This document shows, one piece after another, positions 8,143 through 14,161 of a DNA stretch of 24,151 nt (the first letter of the stretch is position 1; each line of letters opens with the position of its first letter). The DNA comes from a virus (taxonomy: Duplodnaviria; Caudoviricetes), in the IMG/VR virus record IMGVR_UViG_3300032295_003399, positions 1-24,151 of that record. One strand, written 5' to 3'. The position numbers and the translations under genes were made by a program. The notes beneath the pieces are model-generated. The model searched no databases and was not told where the DNA came from. It saw nothing but the letters and a program-made list of their open reading frames with translations.

Positions 8143-8184
8143 CTATATCAAAAACAAAGCCTATGTAACTGATTATAGGTGGCC
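8137..8184 (-). promoter_or_regulatory. Perfect 11-bp inverted repeat: 5' arm overlaps TATAAT, 3' arm contains the GTG start
   Basis: GGCCACCTATA (8137-8147) and TATAGGTGGCC (8174-8184). Minus-strand TATAAT at 8172-8177. Confidence 0.75.
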
Positions 8185-8199
8185 CTAGTTCGAAAGATC

Positions 8200-8556
8200 T
8201 TATTTCACTTGAATTTCAATACGTGGCAAATTCTGAGAAGCGAACCCCCAGATCCACTGCGTTCCAGTAACTGCACCAATTGATAATGCAAAAATCACAA
8301 TGAGTTCTGCAACTGTCAGATTACGCCTTACGTAGACAACTTTGGGTTGTTCAAAGGGGGAAACTACTGGTCCCTTAACTGGTTCAGAGATTTGATACAC
8401 CTTCTTCTCTTGTGGTTGCTGTTGTTGTGCCATGTATTGGGCGACAGCAAGTTCTCTGGCTTGTTGCTTCATTTGTTCCAGGACTTCAGGTGTGATCTGA
8501 CCTGGAATCGGTTGGTTTAATTGAGGAGGAATACTGGAAGGAATCTGGTCTTCCAT
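8200..8556 (-). CDS. Hypothetical membrane protein
   Basis: 118 aa, Pro/Gln-rich N-terminus and one hydrophobic segment (LTVAELIVIFALSIGAVTGTQWIWGF). Confidence 0.8.
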   Translation of the reverse strand: MEDQIPSSIPPQLNQPIPGQITPEVLEQMKQQARELAVAQYMAQQQQPQEKKVYQISEPVKGPVVSPFEQPKVVYVRRNLTVAELIVIFALSIGAVTGTQWIWGFASQNLPRIEIQVK

Positions 8557-8580
8557 AAATCATGCAAAAGGTTTACAAAA

Positions 8581-8590
8581 AGACTAGCAT
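8581..8590. promoter_or_regulatory. Back-to-back overlapping -10 boxes of a divergent gene pair
   Basis: AGACTAGCAT reads TAGCAT on + (8585-8590; 21 nt before ATG 8612) and TAGTCT on - (8581-8586; 24 nt before ATG 8556, preceded by TGC). Confidence 0.5.
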
Positions 8591-8611
8591 CTAAACAGAT
8601 TGATTGTTGCA

Positions 8612-9100
8612 ATGAATTACGGATTGCGAAAAGGACTAGAGGACATTGCGTCCGAACTAAAAGGAATCAGGAACGTTCTTGCAACCATGTGGCATTCTCG
8701 TTACAACGACGGCGAGACTGACATGATCAATCCAGAGGTTTATGCTGATGAGTATATCTCAACAGAAGAGTGCGCCAAACGCTTGGGGGTGTCCGATCAG
8801 ACGATCAGAAACTGGATTCTTTCAGGAAAAAAGCGACCAGAAAATGGCTGGATTTATGGGATTCACTACATCAATATCAGTCCGGTCGGCGGAAATAAAC
8901 AGATTATTCGCATTCCTTGGAACCATTTAATCCAAAGTTTTACCAGGGATACCAAGCCAAGCTATAGAAGTTTTGTCGAGCGAGACGTAGTTAAATATTC
9001 GTCAGGAATGAGGGACGCAAAGGATTCTTACATTCCAAATCCATCTGTTCCAAAAACTCCAGATTTTGATGACCCGGAAATTACAGAGGAGTTGCGATGA
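8612..9100 (+). CDS. Excisionase/MerR-like helix-turn-helix DNA-binding protein
   Basis: YISTEECAKRLGVSDQTIRNWI..G is a classic HTH_17-type pattern. ATG 8612 is preferred over TTG 8600. Confidence 0.8.
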   Translation: MNYGLRKGLEDIASELKGIRNVLATMWHSRYNDGETDMINPEVYADEYISTEECAKRLGVSDQTIRNWILSGKKRPENGWIYGIHYINISPVGGNKQIIRIPWNHLIQSFTRDTKPSYRSFVERDVVKYSSGMRDAKDSYIPNPSVPKTPDFDDPEITEELR

Positions 9101-9555
9101 CACATAGATTTGACGGCTGGTCCATAAGCGATGTAACTTTGGAGAATTTTGCAGAAATTCTTCCCAACTCCCTTTGCCTTCAGATTGAAATTTTTCTGCC
9201 GCCATCAGGTTCTTTTGATACCCCAACCTTGCGTCGGTACTTGGAAAACTTAAAGAATTATGAAGAAGAGGACCCAACTTTTGCGATGACGCTAGCCAAT
9301 AGATTGCGTGTTGCGTTCCAGGATATGGAACCGGATACGATCTGTGGTAAATTCCCCAATGCTGATCTGCCTTTGAAACGTAGGCTTCGTTGCGTTGCTG
9401 AGTATTTAATCAGGGCTGGGGAATTTGATAAATTGCGCGACGAGAATGGTAAGCTCATTAAGAAAAGAGGAGTTCTCGGCAAACTTGTCGTTATCTACCA
9501 ACCGTTAGTTAAGATGCGTGAAACTCTAGTTCGTCAGGGATTGGTGAAAAAATGA
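9097..9555 (+). CDS. Hypothetical protein
   Basis: 152-aa ORF with ATGA overlaps at both ends. Confidence 0.8.
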   Translation: MTHRFDGWSISDVTLENFAEILPNSLCLQIEIFLPPSGSFDTPTLRRYLENLKNYEEEDPTFAMTLANRLRVAFQDMEPDTICGKFPNADLPLKRRLRCVAEYLIRAGEFDKLRDENGKLIKKRGVLGKLVVIYQPLVKMRETLVRQGLVKK

Positions 9556-9938
9556 GCCGTCGTGAAAAATTAATTGCTTCTGTCATTGGTCCTGAGCTTG
9601 ACCAAGAGAAAGCCAAGATGTTAGATACAACTCTCAAGTTGATTCTTGGGGACATGGGCCAGATGTTTTCCAAGTTTTGGGAGGCTGAAGGTCCTGGTGT
9701 TATGTGCTTTCAACCTGAGCAGGTTGAGAAATCAATGTTTTATTTGACATTGAAAGAACTTCATGCTGCACAAGAGGAGTGCGAACGAGAAGATAACGGA
9801 GATCTTGCTGAAACTTTTAGGCGCGTTTTGCAAGCTGCACAAAAAATTGACCCACAAGAGAGCGCTGGCTACCTTTTGAACGACAAAGCGGGTATTCGTT
9901 TTGTTGCAGTTGATTACAACAAAGTATCTGAAGACTGA
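9552..9938 (+). CDS. Hypothetical protein
   Basis: 128-aa ORF, ATGA overlap upstream and TGATG overlap downstream. Confidence 0.8.
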   Translation: MSRREKLIASVIGPELDQEKAKMLDTTLKLILGDMGQMFSKFWEAEGPGVMCFQPEQVEKSMFYLTLKELHAAQEECEREDNGDLAETFRRVLQAAQKIDPQESAGYLLNDKAGIRFVAVDYNKVSED

Positions 9939-10531
9939 TGCCTGCTTTCGTTGGCAACAAAAAAGTTGAAGACTACGAGTGGATTAGTAACAAGAACATG
10001 ATTGATTCTGCTCATCTCGTTATGGGCGGCATTGATCTCGATCCAGCAAGCTCCGATAAAGCCAATGAGTTTGTTAATGCAAAGAAATATTACACACCTG
10101 TTGATGACGGGTTGAATGAGATGGAGTGGTTTGGAAATGTGTATGTATTTCCTCCGCGTCATTCATACTTCTGGCATCATGGCTCCCAGCGGTGGAAGAT
10201 GACCAGGGGGTTGTCTCCTACTTTAACTTCCAGCTATGCACTCTGGTGGAAGACATTAAAAAGAAAGTGGGTTAGTCGAGAGATTGAGCAAGGTATTTAC
10301 TTTGCTAATGCACCTGACATGTTCATGTACTGCCAGGATATTTTTGATCATCCTGTGTGCGTATTCAGAACAAGACCCATACTTCAGCAGCATTTCTTCC
10401 ATGACGGAACCATGAAGAGTCGTAACACTTGCGTCTCATTTGCCGTGTTTTTGCAGCCGAGTAAAAATGTAGCCGACGCCACGCAACACTTTGTTGACGT
10501 TTATGGCGAAATGGGTCGCATTATTGTTTGA
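9938..10531 (+). CDS. Phage Dam-family (N6-adenine) methyltransferase-like protein with atypical catalytic motif
   Basis: EW...VMGGIDLDPASS..ANEFV.AKKYYT..DDGL...W.GNVYVFPP matches the phage Dam layout, but motif IV reads FPPR rather than NPPY. Confidence 0.75.
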   Translation: MPAFVGNKKVEDYEWISNKNMIDSAHLVMGGIDLDPASSDKANEFVNAKKYYTPVDDGLNEMEWFGNVYVFPPRHSYFWHHGSQRWKMTRGLSPTLTSSYALWWKTLKRKWVSREIEQGIYFANAPDMFMYCQDIFDHPVCVFRTRPILQQHFFHDGTMKSRNTCVSFAVFLQPSKNVADATQHFVDVYGEMGRIIV

Positions 10532-10564
10532 AGTAGCTAAGATCTAAAAGCTTTAGTTGAGTTT

Positions 10565-11152
10565 ATGAGCATTCTGTCGGACCGCGAAATCAAAGAACTT
10601 TCGACTGAAAAGGGCATGATCCAGCCGTTCCAGGATCGTCTCATCAACGAAAGCAATGGACGTAAGTTGTTGAGCTATGGACTCAGCTCTTATGGCTATG
10701 ACATTCGTCTCTCTCCTCAACAATGCCTAATCTTTGGCCGTACACAATCTGGAGATTGTGATCCCAAAGATTTTGATCAAGGTATTCTGCGTCCTGCTGA
10801 ATTACTGGAAGATGAGAAGGGTCAGTATTTCCTTTTGCCTCCGTTTGGCTACTGTCTTGGTGTTGCAGAAGAGTATTTGAATCTTCCTAAAGATGTTACT
10901 GTTGTTGCCGTTGGCAAAAGTACATATGCCCGATCGGGAATCCTGGTAAATATTACACCAGCCGAAGCGTGCTGGTCGGGACATTTAACGCTTGAGATTA
11001 GCAATTGCACTGGACTCTTTAATCGTATCTACGCGAACGAAGGGATTTGCCAATTGCTTTTCTTCCGGGGCAAAGAATGCGAAGTGGATTACAACATGCG
11101 CAAGGGTAAGTATCAAAGCCAGCCCAAGGAAGTGGTCTTTAGTCAGGTTTAA
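10565..11152 (+). CDS. dcd: dCTP deaminase
   Basis: MSILSDREI, SYGLSSYGYDIRL, GKSTYARSG, TPAE..W.GHLTLEISN, IYANEGICQLLF and GKYQ.Q motifs. Confidence 0.96.
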   Translation: MSILSDREIKELSTEKGMIQPFQDRLINESNGRKLLSYGLSSYGYDIRLSPQQCLIFGRTQSGDCDPKDFDQGILRPAELLEDEKGQYFLLPPFGYCLGVAEEYLNLPKDVTVVAVGKSTYARSGILVNITPAEACWSGHLTLEISNCTGLFNRIYANEGICQLLFFRGKECEVDYNMRKGKYQSQPKEVVFSQV

Positions 11153-11542
11153 TTAGAAACCTCTAAAGGTACCAGAGAATGGTTGGGGCTTACGTGCGTA
11201 ACCAACGCCTCCCGTAGGCCCCATCTCATCGCCTTGACTAGGCAATACCACCCCATTCAAATTAGCCTCGTTCCTGGGCGTCCTGCCCCTGATCTGTGGC
11301 TCATCAATTGAAGCCCGTTGTTTATATGCACCAGCAGTCTTAGCTGCTGCCATGTATTTGTTTACACGGTCTTGTTGTCTTGTGTTGCGAATATCAACTT
11401 CACCTGCAATATCTCTTCCTGTTTCATCCAAGCGCCTGACATCTGTGTCATAAGCCTGTCCTGGATTCAGATCTGAGGTCTCAGCTCCGGAGGTACCAGA
11501 GAGCTGCCGTGGATCGTAAGTGGGATCGAAAAATCTTGCCAT
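11153..11542 (-). CDS. Hypothetical protein
   Basis: 129-aa ORF whose stop abuts the dcd stop. TAAAAT lies 6 nt before its ATG. Confidence 0.75.
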   Translation of the reverse strand: MARFFDPTYDPRQLSGTSGAETSDLNPGQAYDTDVRRLDETGRDIAGEVDIRNTRQQDRVNKYMAAAKTAGAYKQRASIDEPQIRGRTPRNEANLNGVVLPSQGDEMGPTGGVGYARKPQPFSGTFRGF

Positions 11543-11580
11543 GATATTATTTTAAATGAAGGAATTCTGGTTAAAAAATA

Positions 11581-11940
11581 ATGATGCATGCAGCGATGAC
11601 ACCTGATGCATTCTTAAATCAATTTGTTATCAACGATGAAGTCATCAATCGTTGCATTAGTGAGGCTGATTTTGATCAGCCCCTGGACAACGAAAAGCAT
11701 GACGTTCCTCTTCAGGACATGTACAATAGAGGTTTAGTGTTGACGCAACAAGGGCGTGAACGCACTAACCTGCAACTTGAAGGAGGCGAACGATGCGGGA
11801 TGACAGGCTATATTCCGAGTGCGGAACAGGGACTACAGATGGGAGCATCACCCAAACCCAAGACGTTAGTGCTGGAGCTGGGGGAACCGGACGAGGAGGA
11901 GAAAGAAATGTCGATGAAGCGCCGTGGTTTAATCCGGTAG
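11581..11940 (+). CDS. Hypothetical acidic protein
   Basis: 119-aa ORF divergent from 11542. The exact Met is uncertain. Confidence 0.7.
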   Translation: MMHAAMTPDAFLNQFVINDEVINRCISEADFDQPLDNEKHDVPLQDMYNRGLVLTQQGRERTNLQLEGGERCGMTGYIPSAEQGLQMGASPKPKTLVLELGEPDEEEKEMSMKRRGLIR

Positions 11941-12230
11941 ATGAGTGCAAGGACGGTTTCTGTCCGATGCCTGCACCAAAACTGGTTGTTGCTAAGCCAG
12001 AGGTTGACATGGTGAATCATCCACCTCACTATGTTAACGATAGAAAGAAAATTGAGACAATCGACAAGATTGAGGATGCAGTTCAGTTTGCACCTAATGC
12101 AGTTCTTGGCGGCCTCCAGTGGCAAGTGATTAAATATATTGATAGGATGTGGGATAAAGAAGATCCCAAGAAAGATGCGAAGAAAGCAATGTGGTATTTA
12201 AAACGTCTTATTCAAAAGTTAGAAGACTGA
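11793..12230 (+). CDS. DUF3310 (T7 gp1.7 nucleotide-kinase-like) domain protein
   Basis: DMVNHPPHY...IETIDKIE...VIKYIDR..DK....DAKKAMWYLKRLI signature. The start is uncertain (11793 or 11967). Confidence 0.85.
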   Translation: MRDDRLYSECGTGTTDGSITQTQDVSAGAGGTGRGGERNVDEAPWFNPVDECKDGFCPMPAPKLVVAKPEVDMVNHPPHYVNDRKKIETIDKIEDAVQFAPNAVLGGLQWQVIKYIDRMWDKEDPKKDAKKAMWYLKRLIQKLED

Positions 12231-12518
12231 ATATTCACGGTCATCATCGTCGTCATCTTCTTCATCATCCCCCTGGCACATCATTGCTAGCTCAACTAGC
12301 TCAAGCTGGGTGGGGTGATCAAATTCAATTTCAATATTTTCGTCCGCAAGAAGATCTTTGATTGCTGCCCACTCAATTAGGCGACGCTGGTACAGATTGA
12401 GCAACGCAGCATAAAGTTGATCCCACGTCATTTCTTGGGCTTCCAGCTCCGCTTTACGCATTGCGAATTGCAGTTGAAGCGGGAGTTCTAATTCGCGGGG
12501 ACGAACTGCGTCTTCCAT
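12219..12518 (-). CDS. nblA: NblA-like phycobilisome degradation protein with acidic C-terminal extension
   Basis: LPLQLQFAMRKAELEAQEMTWDQLYAALLNLYQRRLIEWAAIKDLL aligns without gaps to the NblA pattern as recalled (LSLEQQF.IR.....VQ.MS.DQ....L..LY.Q......Y.ELL). Own TAGAAT box at 12541-12546. Confidence 0.8.
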   Translation of the reverse strand: MEDAVRPRELELPLQLQFAMRKAELEAQEMTWDQLYAALLNLYQRRLIEWAAIKDLLADENIEIEFDHPTQLELVELAMMCQGDDEEDDDDDDREYSVF

Positions 12519-12543
12519 TTCTGTATGTCAATCTGAAAATATT

Positions 12544-13209
12544 CTAATCCCAAGAGATGGAGATTGAATCGTTTTCTTCGTAGTCGGAGTCCAGCTCAAA
12601 AGAAGTCTCTGCTTCAAAGCTATTGACAAACTCAGCCAATACGTAAGGGTTTGTACTAGCTTCCAGGGAGCGGATCGCCTGTATTTGATTGGGTTGCGCT
12701 GAATAATTCCTGAATGCGTCAAGGAGAATTTCCCCTCTTTTATCAATTGGTGTCTTGACTTCAGCCAAGAAAAGATTGGACTCTTCCCTGCGGCGATCAA
12801 CTAGACCGCCAATGACTTTGTAGTAGGAATCAAAGATCCAATGTGTGATTTCTTCTGCGGCACCGCCCCAATATTCATTTTCAACAGCATCAATAATTTC
12901 ACTGTATAGGAAAGGCTCCCAGCCAATTGAATGAATAAACGAGATCAAAGCCTCCCGCATGGAACTATCCAGGCCAAGGTTGAGGCGTGTCAGCTCGTCA
13001 TCAATGAGTTCAACCTCGTGGAACAAGTATTCCAAAGCTTTGTGTTGTGTGCAGCGATGCCCTTGTTTTACAGGAGAACCGTCTGGATAATATTGCGTTC
13101 CATATCCAATAGTGTAAGGAGCGCCACCAGTGCTGGGATCTGGGTAAGCCTTTTCGCTGTACCCTTCATACTTTTTGATGATGTTAATCGCACGCCGAAA
13201 ATCGGCCAT
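12544..13209 (-). CDS. GH24 phage lysozyme with C-terminal helical module
   Basis: IKKYEG....AYPDP.TGG.PYTIGYG (catalytic E..D..T region), ALISF..SIG and GLVDRRREE..LF. Confidence 0.9.
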   Translation of the reverse strand: MADFRRAINIIKKYEGYSEKAYPDPSTGGAPYTIGYGTQYYPDGSPVKQGHRCTQHKALEYLFHEVELIDDELTRLNLGLDSSMREALISFIHSIGWEPFLYSEIIDAVENEYWGGAAEEITHWIFDSYYKVIGGLVDRRREESNLFLAEVKTPIDKRGEILLDAFRNYSAQPNQIQAIRSLEASTNPYVLAEFVNSFEAETSFELDSDYEENDSISISWD

Positions 13210-13238
13210 GAAAAGTACAGCAATTACTTTCCATAATA
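13207..13238 (-). promoter_or_regulatory. -10 box TATTAT overlapping an 11-bp hairpin that covers the lysozyme ATG
   Basis: Minus strand TATGGAAAGTA-ATTGCTG-TACTTTTCATG (2 G-U pairs). TATTAT at 13233-13238. Confidence 0.65.
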
Positions 13239-13258
13239 GTGTTAATTAAATTAAAGTG

Positions 13259-13387
13259 TTAACCTTTGCCCTGACCCCTGGACTTTTTACGTCCGTGAGA
13301 AGGTTTGGAGTTCTGTCCTTGACCTTGCCTCGTGAGCTTAGGTTGTGATTCTTTTTTCTGAATAGTGTTGCCTTTTACTTTACCCAT
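13259..13387 (-). CDS. Small basic cyanophage protein (42 aa, not in ORF track)
   Basis: MGKVKGNTIQKKESQPKLTRQGQGQNSKPSHGRKKSRGQGKG. The PK.TRQG.G...K......K..RGQG pattern recurs in cyanophages (recalled). Confidence 0.8.
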   Translation of the reverse strand: MGKVKGNTIQKKESQPKLTRQGQGQNSKPSHGRKKSRGQGKG

Positions 13388-13823
13388 TTAGGTCACCATT
13401 TTTAGGATTGGGATGATGACGACGCCTGTTGTTACATTGTTCAACATGCGTCGCCCATCTAACGTTGCCTTTTTCATAATTCCCCCAGGGATTTATTCGA
13501 TCTAGACTTTTTCCATCTGGTCGCTTTCCTAATTCTTCCCAAAATTCTTCAAAATTTTTAAACCGAAATTCAACATCAGAATATGCATTGTGATGATTTT
13601 CCTGCACACGTTTTTTTGCTCTCCAATAACTTTTCCATGATCCTAATTTTTCAGGGTCATGTTTAGCTGATTTATTTTTTATGTTTAATTTTCTTCCTGT
13701 AAACGAACAGGAACGGCAAATCCATGTTTTTCCTTTCCGATTAAATTGATCTATTCGTATCCTAGAGGAAATGGCGCATTGATTGCAGTTCACATCGACA
13801 TAGTTCCAGGATGTGGCAGACAT
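13380..13823 (-). CDS. HNH-type homing endonuclease-like protein with N-terminal zinc ribbon
   Basis: CNQC...CRSC, then F..F.EELGKRPDGKSLDRINPWGNYEKGNVRWAT..EQ.NNRR. ATG 13823 lies 21 nt after extended -10 TGG-TATAAT (13845-13853). The ORF track extends it to GTG 13868. AT-rich. Confidence 0.85.
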   Translation of the reverse strand: MSATSWNYVDVNCNQCAISSRIRIDQFNRKGKTWICRSCSFTGRKLNIKNKSAKHDPEKLGSWKSYWRAKKRVQENHHNAYSDVEFRFKNFEEFWEELGKRPDGKSLDRINPWGNYEKGNVRWATHVEQCNNRRRHHPNPKNGDLNG

Positions 13824-14161
13824 TGCATTAAACCATCTGAAAGTATTATACCACTTAAGATCATCCACTTGACGCGATCGGCCCAGTAAGCAGCAGACAT
13901 CTTTCCTTTTGCAATGTTTTTAGAGTGCCTAGCCTTAAAGCTTTCCCTCCGTTTGCGATAAGCCTCCGACTCACCTTCTTTCTTGGGGCTACCACTAACT
14001 CCTTGCTGGCCAAAACGAATAATTTTTTCTTCCCCATCCTTGCATGCTTTAACCACATGTGATTTTGTGGGGTGACCAGGAGTCTTCTTTGGTTTGTTGC
14101 AAGGCATTGAATCCTTGTGAAGTTTTGCCGCCGTAGCTGCTTTCTTATGTTTATCAGCCAT
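13790..14161 (-). CDS. Conserved basic phage protein, C-terminus extended into the HNH cassette
   Basis: KSHVVKAC...KIIRFGQQG...RRESFKARH...KMSAAYWADRVKW resembles a common phage family. ATG at 14161 or 14164 overlaps the upstream stop. Confidence 0.8.
   Translation of the reverse strand: MADKHKKAATAAKLHKDSMPCNKPKKTPGHPTKSHVVKACKDGEEKIIRFGQQGVSGSPKKEGESEAYRKRRESFKARHSKNIAKGKMSAAYWADRVKWMILSGIILSDGLMQCLPHPGTMSM

Noticed and set aside
11145-11162. AGGTTT/AAACCT stem across the abutting stops of dcd and the 129-aa gene as a bidirectional terminator
   Set aside because: Only 6 bp, AT-rich and without U tracts. Could be chance.
13396-13864. Group I intron interrupting the basic-protein gene
   Set aside because: The HNH ORF and its promoter fill almost the whole insert, no P7/core elements are recognisable, and no U|...G| splice pair restores the TGG-TGA end.
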